Under the pieces are notes generated by a model. It had not been told where the DNA came from, did no database searches, and saw nothing but the letters and a program-made list of their open reading frames with translations. DNA of 38,055 bases from Bipalium vagum (lineage: Eukaryota): NCBI GenBank assembly GCA_037834085.1, contig JBBMKC010107860.1, forward strand, positions 1 to 38,055, read 5' to 3'. The position numbers and the translations under genes are program-made. This document shows, piece after piece, positions 12,327 to 24,853 of this stretch. Each line of letters begins with the position of its first letter. The first letter of the stretch is position 1.

Positions 12327-13741
12327 TAGTGCTCCAACTAATTATTGCCGCACCTTGTAAATATAATAAATCTTAACTAATTTAAATTGAAATAAAATTT
12401 TTTGATTATTGTATTATGCATGAAATATTTTAAATATTAAATGTAAGTACTTCTGTTTGTCGAATACTAAGATTTTATAAAAAAAATTATTTAGTAAGAT
12501 GAGTAAAATTGCAAGATTAACCGACACCGAGAAGGGAATGATCTGTGCCTACCACGACGCCGGAAAATCGAACAGATGGATCGGCACTAAGTTATGGAAG
12601 AATCAAAGTAGTATAAGATACTTTTTGAAGAATAAAAATAAAGAAAAGAAGACGCGGGGTCCTAAGGCAAAGATTTCCGCAGCAACGAACCATTCCATTA
12701 TTAGGAATGCCAGCAACCAAAGCATATCCTGTGCGAAAAAAAACACTGTTCAACCTAAATTGGTTCGTAGAGAGTATTAGAAAGATTTTAAATAAATTTG
12801 TGACGATCCGGTATAAGAAGATGTTGGTAAAACCCCCTTTGAAGCCACAACATAAAATCAATCGTGTCCGCAGGGCTAAAGAGAAAATGTCGAGGGTCAC
12901 CGAATGGGAAAGGCCATCTGGAGTGACTAGAAGAAGTTTAATTTGGATGGACCTGATCGTTACGCATATTATTGGCACGATTTCCGGAAGGATGAGATAT
13001 CTTTCAAATAGACACACTGGAGGAGGTTTCTTGTTGATTTGGGGTTGTTTCAATTACCACGGGAAGTCGACTTTCGCGATTATTACCGGCAGGCTAAATC
13101 AATTTGATTATCAAATGCTTTAAGGAGAACATTTACTTCCCTTTATGAATAATTTGGCGGAGAAAAAACCAATTTTCCAACAGGATAATTGTCGATGCAA
13201 TGTTGCACGTTTCACTTTGCAATTACCAAGACAGAAATATCGATGTTATGTCTTGGCCATCCTATTCACCAGACCTGAATCCCAAAGAAAATCTTTGGGG
13301 GATACCAGCATGTCGGGTATATGCTAATGGGAGACAATATGAATCAATTTCAGAGCCGGAATGAGAGGTAATTCGCTCTTGGGAAGAAAACGAAAACAGC
13401 GTCCTGTGAGCACTGGTAAATTCTATGTCAAATAGAAGTTATAAAGTGATTTATTCCCATGGAAGTTCACCGAAATATTAAATAATTCAAAATCTATTTT
13501 TTTGTTATGATATATGTCTTTTGTAAATATGCGGAAATAAATTAATGGTATTTTTAGTTAATTTTTATTTTTTTAAAATTTTTTTCATTATATTTTTAAA
13601 TAAATAAATAAATAAATGTATATATATATAATAGGATGGATAGATTGTTATATTACTTATATCATATTAATAACTTTGGTAGGTTCTACATACAAAAAAA
13701 TTTGCATTTTCTTAGTGCGGCTATAAATAGTTGGAGCATTG
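12327..13741 (+). mobile_element. Full-length (1415 bp) Tc1-family, Tc3-like DNA transposon, inactive
   Basis: 27-bp TIRs at 12327-12353 (TAGTGCTCCAACTAATTATTGCCGCAC) and 13715-13741 match at 23/27 positions. Flanking TA at 12325-26 and 13742-43. Confidence 0.95.
12499..13481 (+). pseudogene. Tc3-like DD34E-type transposase pseudogene
   Basis: MSKIARLTDTEKG..., IWSD*KKFNLDGPD.YAYYWHD, GGGFLLIWGCF, FQQDN, WPSYSPDLNPKENLWG, RVYANGRQY, GSSPKY*. Several frameshifts and stops. Confidence 0.93.
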
Positions 13742-15559
13742 TATATTGTGCCATTAAAAATCAAAATAAAAATTATTTTAAAATAAATTCTATATTAAAA
13801 TTAAATTAACAATTGTAATTAGGCACAATATAAAAATTTAAAAATTAGAAATCAGTTTAAATACAATTATTTTATTTAAATAATTAGGCACACGAAGTTA
13901 ATATTTTATAAAAATTTCATTACTTGAATTGAATATATTTAAAACAAGTATGACATTTTTGGACATTTGAGATTCATATTTTTTCTATTAGATCAATAGT
14001 TAATTTAGAAAAATCGAAATTTTTAAGTAGTGTACCAAAAATTAATTATTATTATTATAAGATATGATTAAATTTAAAATTAAAATTATTTAATGCAAAT
14101 AAGAAATAAAATCTTAAAAATATATAACGTTATATATATCTTACCATTTAAATGTTTATATTGAAAACCGGATATTAATAGAAATATATAAAATATAAAA
14201 ATTATTATGTTGTTTTATATTATTTATTTGTGTACAGATATTCAATGGACAGTCGAAAAAGTTTTTGAAAAAATAATCCATTTAAACAAAACGAAATTAA
14301 TTGAGTTATTAGAGAAAATCAGAAATGTATTACAAGAAAATCGTAGATAAATAATTTATTTTATTACATTAATCGAAAATTAAATTTTCATAAGTTTAAA
14401 TGAAAATCATTTTAAATTAATAAAAGAAGTCATTCATTTCAAGAAAATGATGATATGGCAATTTTTAATTAAAATCTTTAATTAATTAATTTCATTAAAC
14501 AAAAGCTAAGTTAAATTTCTGAATTTTTTCTGATTTTAATTTTAATATATTAAAAAAATTAGAATTTTTGAATAGAATATTAAAAGTGCATTTTAAATTA
14601 AAATAATTCTATAATTATTAAATAAGGAGGATGTGGAGGATTTCATTTAATATTAGTATCGTGAATAATAAAATAAATAAAGATATCTGTATATATCAAT
14701 ATTAATTTTTATTTTGTGAACATAATCAATTTATTTTCCAAGTAAACTATTTATTAATTGACAACAAAATTTAATTAAGCATTTACTTTTTATGGTTTAT
14801 TTTTCGATTTTTTCAGTTCTTCATCAGTCTTTAATATTTTGTATTATAATATTTAATCAATTAAATTATGATATAATTTTTAATACAAATATTTTATCAA
14901 ATTTTTATATTTTAAATTTTTTTGTGATTTAATCACCGCAAGAACGAAGAAAAATCTATAGTCAGAAATTATTTTAGGAGTCAGATTAAACATTGAGAGC
15001 TTATTGGGTTAAGTGGTGAGTAATTTCGTAATTTAATATATTCAAATTAATACAGAAAAAGTTTATTTTAATGTCAATGATATATTCGGAAGGGCAATTT
15101 GGGACCATCTCTGTAATAGTGCTTTAATGCACCTAAGATCCATAATTTTAGACTAAAAATTTTAAAGTCATTGGATTGAATTTAATAAATATATTTAAAG
15201 ATCATTACTCTTATACATTCATAAATAAATTCAAATAATCGAAAATACTTTTATATTAATTAAACAAATGATATTAAATACGCAATATCTTATTCTGATT
15301 TTTGATTTTTACTAAAATTCCTAAGATTTATGAAAATTATACTTGTTTGTAGCATATAAAGATGTGTATAAAAGTTTATGGAACCTTAAATATTTCATCA
15401 TAAATTAGGTAATTATTATTTTTTATCAGTTACAAAATTCTACGATTTGTTTAAGTAAAGTACTTGATTTATTTATTAATCATACATAACTTAACATATC
15501 TGAAATGTCAGTTTGGCATTTTTTATACTAAAAACTATTAGAAACTTATGTAGAAAAAT

Positions 15560-15990
15560 CCTTCGTTGACTCCGAAAATCAGATCACAATTATATAATTA
15601 GCCTCAGAAGTGTATTATCAGATGGGTATTTCACGAAGACTAAATGTCGAAAGATTTATAAGTGCAGAATACATTTTTGCAAGTATACTGAAACTGGCAG
15701 CTATTATTATGCAGAAAGAAGCGGTAGGTTGAAGAAGACGACATCATATATGATCGTGTAATTCGCCGATGTAAGGTTTTCAATTAGTGGTATACGATAG
15801 AAGATGTTCGAAAAAATTTATTTTATGTTGGTATAAATCCCCATAGAAACATGAATAGTAGACGTCAATATCTGTAAAAAATGAAAGAATTAGTTGCCTA
15901 ATGAAATTCAGCCAACCATCAGCAACTAGAGGATGTTATAAAGGCCGTTTTTCTTACAGAAATAAACGGCAAGCTTAAAAAGAAGTTAAA
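15560..15990 (+). mobile_element. Tc1-like transposase N-terminal relic
   Basis: GISRRLNV and KYTETGSYYYAERSGRLKKTT (GRPR linker) on broken frames. Confidence 0.6.
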
Positions 15991-16599
15991 ATGATATCAT
16001 TCATTGAAACAAACAAAGCTATTAAAATTATCGAGTTATTTATAAATCAAAAAAGAATGTAATCATGGATATCTAATTCAATGGAACTTCTAAAAGACTT
16101 CATTGAAAGCCATTCATTAAAGAAACAAAGCACTTTGGATATGTATTTAAACAACCTCGTAATCTCGAGATAACGCCATCTTGGTTATAGTTTTTTTATT
16201 TCATTTTTAATGTTACGATATAAAAAGGTTTAACTGTATTTTGTAAATGTTACCTATACATTTAATAGTGAAATAAGGAAAAATCTAAAAGTTGTAAAGA
16301 TGTAATAGAATTAAAAGCTATATATTATAAACCTTAAGAATTAATATATAAGGCGTTATAATTTTGGAAACGAAAATTTACAATGGAATTATAGACAAAA
16401 AATACTTTTAACGAATCTTTGTATCTCTAATTCCTGTTTTCTAGTGACGATCTATACCCCGCTCTAACGTATTTGAGTTAAAAATCAAAAAGAATAGCAC
16501 TGATTGAACATTATTTGAATCAAAGAAATCTTTAATAAAAATAATCTTACCGTGAACAAAATAGGAAAATGACTTTAGAAAGAAATGACAACCAAATAT

Positions 16600-16720
16600 T
16601 AAGGATTGTATTTAGAGCCACTCAATCCAGCTCTTGTATCTTCCTGTGAGCTTTGACACCAGTATGATTCGTGTTGAAAACATTAGGAAGAATACTTTTT
16701 CTAATGAAAAAAAATGGAAT
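16600..16720 (-). mobile_element. Mariner relic
   Basis: NHTGVKAHRKIQELD*VAL resembles PHTA..T..KIQELGWEVL. Confidence 0.5.
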
Positions 16721-17949
16721 TTAAGTAAAATATCATAGCATAACTTGATTATAAAGTTATTTAGAACATACGTTTTTGATGGAATTCTTGTACTCAAGTC
16801 TCAACACTATTTCTTCTGGTAAATTACCCATTCTTTCATGCCTAATACCATCATACCAGATTCAATTATAATCTTTTGTCATTACATTGTCAGAAGTTTC
16901 TATTTTAAATATTGTTTAACATATTAATTCCTGGACCATTTATTATCATTATTATTGAAATTTATTTGATTTTCAGTTGAAACCAATCATATATGCATTG
17001 GTTAGATGGTAGTATGCACCTGTTATTGTTCGGAGACCAAAACAATTTTTTCTGTAACGCCGAATCATACATATAACTCTATAAAGATTGGTGGCGAACA
17101 ATGGTCGTCTCTCACCGTTCATTAAGGCAAAACGAAGTGAAGCGCCAATCATCCATGGAAACGAAAGATTAGAAAATGCCAAGAAATTTAATAAGAAATT
17201 TCAATAATTTCTTATCAACCTAAGTTGAACAATGTGACATGTAATGATTGTTTATGACGACTTTGGAATCTCTCCTGGTTTCAAAATTCATTTACCATCA
17301 TATAGACAGCAGATGGCCTTATCTTTCAAACCTAAATCAGCATTGTGATATTGAATTCATTCCTCTCAAAATACCACCTATAAAATTCTAGTTGGAGAAT
17401 TTGTTCTTTGTTATTAATTATTTTTTTTAATTCCATCAATAATTTTGAGTTAGAGAATTAATTTTGCTTTTATAAACAATTATTTCCCTACTTTTTATTA
17501 TTTAGTTAACGAAAGAATGAAATTGTTGCAAATTTAATAAAACAGAATGGGCTAAGTAAAAAAACTACTAAGTACTCAAATCCTCCTTAGTAGTCCTTAA
17601 AATAATCCTATTTTCTGAAATTAAACATAATCTGAACTATGTGAAAGAAATTTCGAGGCCACTAATTAAGGTGAGAAAGTAAGATTAATATTGAAATATT
17701 AGTTAGTCTGCGATTAAAGGATTTTAATTTACATTATTAATATATAGACACTTTTAATAGACCTTGGGAATTCTGCTGTCTAAAACTTTAAAATAATTAT
17801 TAATATGTCAGAGTTTCAGGATGGAAAACAAGTAAAAATAAAAAATACGAGATGACATCAAAAAGTATCAACAATGAAAGACATAATTTAGATACCTTTA
17901 GATAAAAGTCAATACATAGTACATCAATAAATACTGTATTTATCTATAA

Positions 17950-18245
17950 ATATCGGTTCGATAAGAACTCATTCATCTTCATCAAGAGGACATGAATTTG
18001 TTTGAGCTGAACGGAGATTAAACATCAAGGAATAAATTTCTCTTTCATTATATCTTCTTGATGAGAGTAAAACCTCAACCGAATGATAATTCCTTGGTGA
18101 AGTGGCTACTTGAAAATTGAGTAGTGGATTAAATCATTAAAAGGCCCTCCTGCTTATTGTCTTTAGGAATTCCAGAGGTGTTGTCAACATGAATTTTTGC
18201 TAAAAGAGATGTTCGATTAACTACCGAATACTACACAAGTTTAAT
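17950..18245 (+). mobile_element. Mariner catalytic-domain relic
   Basis: LLIVFRNSRGVV..HEFL....LTTEYYTSL resembles MxTVFWDxxGVV..EFL....IT.EYY. Confidence 0.55.
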
Positions 18246-18418
18246 ATTAACACCTAAGCAGTAAAAAATAGTACTACAAGCGCTATTTATTTTAACATTA
18301 TACCCCTATATAACGTGGTCATTCATTGACAACCGATACAAATTTCATGACATTAGGATATAAACAACGTGAGTAATTGCTATGTTTTTATTGGTCTGTT
18401 TAATACTTCGGTTAGAAA

Positions 18419-19160
18419 ATGAATTTCAAACAAAGAACTGCAATTGATATATGTGTTAAACTTGATAAATCTTTTACCGGAACACATCAAATGCTACAAT
18501 CTGCGTATGGTGATGAATGTCTATCTCGTACGCAAGTATACGAGTGATTCAAGCGAATCGAATCGGGTAGGGAGACCATGAATGATGACGAAGGACCAGG
18601 CCGTCCAAAAACTGAATTATCGAAAGAGAACATTGAAAAAAATTGTGAATTTATCAAAAATAATAAAAAATCATTGGTGAAATTGATTGAAATGGAATTA
18701 GGCATTCCTCAAACAACTGCATACTTCATTTTGACCGAGGTATTTTGTTTTCGTAAGGTTAATTCGCGGTTTGTTCCACACAAACTCACTGAAGACCAAA
18801 AAATGGCTCGAATTGATCACAGCAAAGACATCATTAAAAGTGCTCTGAAGAACCCAAACCTCTTGAAAACGATTGTTATCGGTGACGAGACGTGATGTTT
18901 TAGGTATGAACTCGAAACAAAGCGGCAGAGTGCTGAATAAAGATCGCCGGATGAAGGAAAACCGAAAAAAATCTCGTTTGGAAAAATCAAAAGTGAAGGT
19001 TATGCTGATTTGCTTGTACAATTCCAAAGGAATTATTCACCCGGCCAAACAATCACAGGAGAATTTTAGTAAGATGTCATGAAGCGATTGCTGGCAAGAA
19101 TTTGTCGTGTTCGGCCAGAATATCGAGAAAACGGCCGTTGAACTCTTTTGCACGATAATG
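18419..19160 (+). pseudogene. Mariner (irritans-like) transposase pseudogene, 3'-truncated at the second catalytic Asp
   Basis: MNFKQRTAIDICVKLDKSF...LSRTQVYE*FKR...GPGRP...RFVPHKL...IGDET*CF..ETKRQSAE*...KSKVKVMLIC...PGQTITGEF...RVRPEY...*TLLHDN. Confidence 0.95.
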
Positions 19161-19162
19161 TG

Positions 19163-19490
19163 TAGATTGTGAGGAAAGTAATTTTCATTATGTTTTTGAA
19201 TAGACAAAAGATATGAGATTAAATGAAAGAATATATTTTTAATAAATTATGAATTTTCCATTGTTGCCTCCTTCCAGAAAGCATAAAATTTTCTCGCTCA
19301 TAAATCCTCGATTCGGATTTGAGTTCATTATTAAAAGTTTTCAAGAAGTGTTGCATAGAGAGAAAGAAATAATAATTTGAAAGAAGCAAGATCTGGGTTA
19401 TAAGGTAAATGTGACGGTACGTCCCAGTCCTGGTTCAATAAATTTTTCCGAGTGGACAACGTGTCTGTGATGTTGCGTTTGTTGCTCTCT
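19163..19490 (-). mobile_element. Mariner 3' relic in the opposite orientation, abutting the previous element
   Basis: TRKNLLNQDWDVPSHLPYNPDLAS, YFFLSMQHFL, NNGKFII*. TIR-like GATTGTGAGGAAAGTAATTTTC near 19165. Confidence 0.8.
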
Positions 19491-20514
19491 TCATTACAAA
19501 AGTTGATTTATGAAATAACGAAGCAAAGAAATCTATGAAATTTCAATCCACCGACCATCTTTAAATATTATTTAAACAATGATTAATTTATATAAAGTAT
19601 AGTTAAATGTCTTGATGTAAAATCAAAAATTACTCTCTTTCCAAGCATATAGTTTGTGTTTTTGATGATATCTGTATCAATATTATTAATATTAATATTT
19701 CATTTATTTTAATAATTTAATCAGAATGTTTATTTTTATAATAAAGAAAAATTCTAAAATTTTTCAAGATGATGTATGACATAATATGAAAATTTTAATA
19801 CTAAATTGCAATCGAGGTATAAATAATATAATATAAATATATTAATAATATAATAACAAATTGTCAATTTATTAAAAAAATCCCCAATAATTAGCTTAAA
19901 TCCAATATTATTACGTTTCTCACAAAATATTATTGTGTTTACCGAGAGAATAATTTTTTTAAAATTTTACTCTGTTAAACATTTATTACTACGGGTCCAA
20001 TCAATTTTTATCTGTCTGTAACTGAATAGGTCCATAAAATTAGCCATAATGCTTGTCATAAATTAAGAGTTCAGAATTTTTGAAACGTGCTGTCATTTCA
20101 AAATATTAATATAAATCTGCTATTCAGTTATATAATTTCATTAAAAATATTTTAAAAATTAAAAGAGAAAGCCCCCTTTGAAAACTTCCCTCTGAATTAT
20201 AAATCTATTCTGTAATCTAATTTTGGCCAATCACCTCATTTGAAAATATTTTTGACAATTTAAACATTTTTAATAAAAAATGAAATGATTTTATATGAAA
20301 TTTCAAGATTTAATACCTAAAATAAAGACATTCCAACGTTAGTGTATTTAGAACCACTGTGAAAACAAAATAATCAACAGTAAAGAATTCAGATTTTTCT
20401 GAAACTCGCACAGATAATCAAATAAAAAAATCAATTTTCTTATATGTCGTTATTAAAGGTCTTGTTTAAAATATTAAATGATTTTTTTTCTTATTTACTC
20501 TATTTGTTAATATA

Positions 20515-21019
20515 CAGTGAAACTTGTCAATGTTGGGCACCATGAGACTGAACATTTTGCCCAAAATAAAGAGGTAACCAAATTATAGAGGATTCATGAA
20601 AACAAAAGTCAATATATAATGTTTATTATTTAAATAACTACTCCGTAATAATACCGTTAATAAAAGGTGGTGCTGTTTAGGGCAATAAAAAATACACACG
20701 TTCTGCTTAATCAGAGAAGTCAAACGTGATAGAACAAAAATGTGATGCGTGGGTGGATCGAATTATTATAAAGTTTTTGGAACATTATTTTGGAATTAAA
20801 ACATTGCCAGATATTTATTTTGATTATTATTGGATTCGAATCAAGAAATGCCGATCACAAATAAATTATATTATGGAAAGCATGAAAAATAAATTACATA
20901 AAGTTTGGATATCCTTCCTGCATCAAAAATACAAACTAGAAATCTTGGGCTATATAGTGGGCAGCATAATGATACACACTTTTTTACAAGATCTATATGA
21001 AAAACGTATGATCAAATAA
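20515..21019 (+). mobile_element. Possible pogo/Tigger-like element end plus decayed internal sequence
   Basis: TA|CAGTGAAACTTGTC...GGGCACC resembles pogo-type termini. The weak AWVDRIIIKFLEHYF resembles DDE_1 xWM....F..WL..F. No matching second TIR found. Confidence 0.35.
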
Positions 21020-22061
21020 TTTATTTTGATATATTGTATTTCTCAAGCCTATTAAACGTTTCTTAAGTATTATTTAATAAAAAAATTAAAATTTGAAATA
21101 AATGTTTCGGTCGATTTTCAGTGGTGCAAAATGATAGCAACATCTTATAAAAATGCTTATCAAAATTAATGTTTATTAACTAAAGAAAAATCTTAATTAT
21201 CTGTAAAATGGGACAAAATATTGCTCATAATGAATCAGAAAAAGTCAAAAAACTGCATATAAGGCCATGGGAAAAAGTTAAAATGAAATGCCAAGACTTT
21301 TAAGCAATTATGTAAATGTAATTCGAAATTTTCTATTAAGTCCGTCGGAATACGGGACTGACAAGAGTTCTGATCGTCTCAAGAAGGTATCAGAATGGTC
21401 TAAACGTCGTATAGTAGCCCTGTATTAAAAAAGCTTCAAATGATTCAAACATTCATTTGTAATTCTAATAATAAATTTTTGAGACCACAACACTTTCTGA
21501 CCACTAAAAACTTGTTAATTCATCTATAACACCCTATAAATAAGTAGGGGACTTTTTAAAAACTGAAATAAATTTAATACAATATACAAAATTGTTTAAA
21601 TGAATTATTTTAACTTATTAAGCAAATCAAGATCTTTAAAATGACACATAGAAGTAAGATAACCATATCAGTATAATTAAATTATTTAGTACATGTTTCC
21701 GTGCATGCATTGGTATTTTCAGATAAATTAATAAAATAACTAATATTAATAATAATTAATGTTTAATTTTTGTAATAAATATTATTCACTTAACTTTTAG
21801 TTGATTTGAAAAACTTTGCAAAACTAAAACGTCCTAATTCCACTAGAGAACATTATTTATTTAGCTACAATTCACTTTTATCAAATAAAAAAGGTTAAAG
21901 TGAACGAAGCGAAGGATATTATTGTCTACAAATAAATTACCTTAATTATGGGAAATTTAAAGGGGACAAGATTTATTTTCAATTTTCATCTTTTTATCAT
22001 AAGTCAATAGCAAATTTCCATCAATATAATTTTTATAAAAGAAAATTATTCAGATAAAAGA

Positions 22062-22340
22062 ATGATGAATGGGACGTATAATGAAACCATTTCTCCATTC
22101 TCCATATCAGAGGCATTCAAAATATCCTATATTCTGATTACAGCTCTCATTCTTATTGTTGGCGTTATTGGAAACTCTCTGGTCATTTACGTCGTCAGTC
22201 GGTTTTCGTCTATGCAAACAATTGCCAATATCCATTTGATGAATCTTTCCATCGCCGACCTCGTTTTTCTAATTTCGGGATTTATATTCCTGTCAAATGT
22301 CATAAAAAGTTCTTTCATTTTTGGATTGATAGGATGCAAG
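22062..22340 (+). CDS. Exon 1 (93 codons) of an allatostatin-C/somatostatin-receptor-like class A GPCR: N-terminus, TM1, TM2, ECL1
   Basis: ORF MMNGTYNET...GNSLV (TM1 GN motif), NLSIADL (TM2 LxxxD), FIFGLIGCK. Splice donor AAG|GTAAAT at 22340/22341, phase 0. N-glycosylation sequons NGT and NET. Confidence 0.93.
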
Positions 22341-22407
22341 GTAAATTATTTTATAAAAAAGAAATAACAAAATTAATTTAAAAGATTAAAAATAAAAATT
22401 AAATAAA

Positions 22408-22492
22408 ATAATAATAATAATAATAATAATATTAATAATAATAATATTAATATTAATATTAATAATAATAATAATATTATTAATAATAATAA
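22408..22492. repeat. Imperfect (AAT)n microsatellite at the start of the GPCR intron
   Basis: Runs of AAT interrupted by ATT/ATTAAT. Confidence 0.85.
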
Positions 22493-22824
22493 CAAAATTA
22501 AAATTCATTAATTGTTGAAAATTAAAATAATTATTAATTGTTTATTTTACGTGTATGATAGTTTTCTGAATCCCGGTATCTCCGAATAATTTTCACTTAC
22601 ACATATGTGGTGCCGTCAAAAAAGACTCGGACTCGATAAAAAGAAATAAGAATTTCTCAGTCAAATTTCTATTAGAACAAGATCATAGTATATATTACTA
22701 GTAGCTGACAATCGCCAAACAACAAAAAGAAATGTGTGTGCAACAATTAAAACGTGTAGCCCTAGCTATTAAACAAAAAAGACCAAATTCAACCTAATAG
22801 ACAACCTAATATGTACAAAATATT

Positions 22825-23240
22825 CAAATCTTTTCAATATAACTCCCTTCACTCTCCACACATTTGCTTCATCGTTCAGCAAATTGGAGAAAACCATTTT
22901 TTAGAATTGAGACGGTTGTGCTTTGAGAAAATCAATTGTTGCATGACTCAAATCTTCTTTATTTGTAAATTGCTGTCCTTGTAAATGTCGCTTTAAATGA
23001 CGAAAAAGTCAGAAGTTTCTGGTTTCCAAATCTGGGCTATAAGGTGAATGTTGAAGTGTGACCATTGAACTGAGCTCAATTTCTTGCATGGTCGGTTCAG
23101 CGGTATGGATTGGTGAATTTTCGTGAAGAAATTAAAGCTGATGACAACAAGGCTTACCTCTGTTTTTCTAGCTTCCTCAACTAGTTTCGCATAGTAGACT
23201 ACATTAATTTTGAGAACTTTATCTGCTAAAAATTTCGTTT
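22825..23240 (-). mobile_element. Mariner transposase C-terminal relic inside the GPCR intron
   Basis: FLHENSPIHTA...QHSPYSPDLETRNF*LFRHLKRHLQGQQF...AER*SKCVESEGSYIEK. Confidence 0.9.
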
Positions 23241-24326
23241 TTAAAAAACAATATTATTTTAATATTATATAAATATTTTTTTTAAACAACGACATTTTTC
23301 ATGGACCTCCTTATATTACAAAGATCATAAATTAAATTTTTAATTTTTTCTACAGATAACCGAATAAGTCTAATATATTTCAGGCGTAGTATTTGGTCGA
23401 TTCAATTGGGTTTGATAAGGGTCTGGTTAGTAAGAAATTTCCAGTGGATTCGTATTGTAAACTGTTTTAATTTTGAAAATTGATATGATAATCTTTACCA
23501 ATTATTTCTCACTAATATCACATATTATATAACACAAGTAATGTAGAGCTAAATGAAATTTGTAAAAGATGCTTAACAGATACTTCACAACCATTCCTTT
23601 TCTCTATTATTACTATTATTATCTTTATATATCTCTTCAATTCCAGATATTTTATAAATAATTTAATATTTAATTATATTTGATACTCTTTGAGCAGGCT
23701 TAATTCGACTTTCAGTGACATTAGGCATGATGATAATAGAAATATTTTTAGGAGAAATCAATATATAAAAGAAAATGAAAAAATATCAAAATTAATATGC
23801 CTTCATAGTGTAAATTAAAATTGTTAAGACTTAAATATAATCTGGAAAATATATTTTTATTAATATTATAAATAACCATGATATAATCACTAATCATATT
23901 ATATTTAATATATTTTTAATTAAATAATAATTTATTTTTCGTTTAATTTTTTACATTGATTAGTCCTTAATAGATTTTGATAAAAATTATTTCTAAAACA
24001 TTTTACAAAATTGTAAATGTAACATTTATAAGAACATATCTAATAAGAAAAACGTAACTAATTACTTTTTACTTGAAATATTTATTGGAAATTTTCGGTG
24101 AGAGCCCACATATTTATTTAACTTACAAAAAATATTTAGAATATAATTCTTCAATATGCAGTCCGTGTAGGTATCCGACTTTGAAGGTCATTAATATAAA
24201 TGTACTGCTTGGTCCCACTATGTGTCCACCTCCTCACTAAATAGAAAAAGTCCAATAATAAATTTATTATTAGGTGATACATAATATGCTCATATTAAGA
24301 ACATCAAAGTATCACATAAAATATCA

Positions 24327-24565
24327 TCAATATTTCGTGTATGAACCCTTTGATTTGATTAACGCATTAATATGAAACGGCATGTTTGACTTTAATTTTT
24401 GTCTATATACATCATCGCTCATCAAAGGATTCCACAAGATTTGTGCATTATTTAATTTGAAAATATTTTGAAAAATCCTGAAATAATTGCATTCTGTCGC
24501 TAATTTACCAGTATACATTTTCGATAGGATTCATGTTTGGGCTGTAGGGAGACCATTCCATAACA
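24327..24565 (-). mobile_element. Tc1-family transposase C-terminal relic inside the GPCR intron
   Basis: MEWSPYSPNMNPIENV (WPxxSPDLNPIEN) and NMPFHINALIKSKGSYTKY*. Confidence 0.88.
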
Positions 24566-24853
24566 TTTATACCAATGGTAATTAAGTTGAAAAATATTAA
24601 AATTTAACATAATAAATAAATGTCAGTGTCAAACATTTGCAGTCTTAGGGTAAATATATTTTACAGTATTATATTTTAAAATCAGAAACTTACTTCATAC
24701 ACACGTTGTACATATATCACCCAGTGTTCCTAAAAAAATTAAAATTTCTGTATATGTTAAATATTTTTTAATAAATATTATATAAAATTTTTGTAAAAAT
24801 ACATTGCCATGTTTTACGAAGTTATAAAAATTGATAAAATTACTTATTTTCAG

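Larger units (their letters stand above)
22341..24853 (+). other. GT-AG intron of the GPCR (2513 bp, phase 0) containing two TE relics
   Basis: GTAAAT donor and TTTTCAG acceptor. The in-frame join restores an uninterrupted TM3. Confidence 0.92.

Noticed and set aside
12592-13053. 153-aa minus-strand ORF, and similar ORFs at 657-905, 18487-18705, 18698-19027 and 35985-36260
   Set aside because: They are antisense shadows of transposase relics on the opposite strand.
18419-19160. Alternative genetic code (TGA = Trp) suggested by TGA at Trp positions
   Set aside because: TAA and TAG also replace Trp and the elements carry frameshifts. The host GPCR uses TGG for Trp and terminates at TGA.
24809-24853. 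ORF-track start of a stand-alone 319-aa GPCR
   Set aside because: It lacks TM1-2. These 15 codons are intron read-through ahead of the acceptor at 24853.
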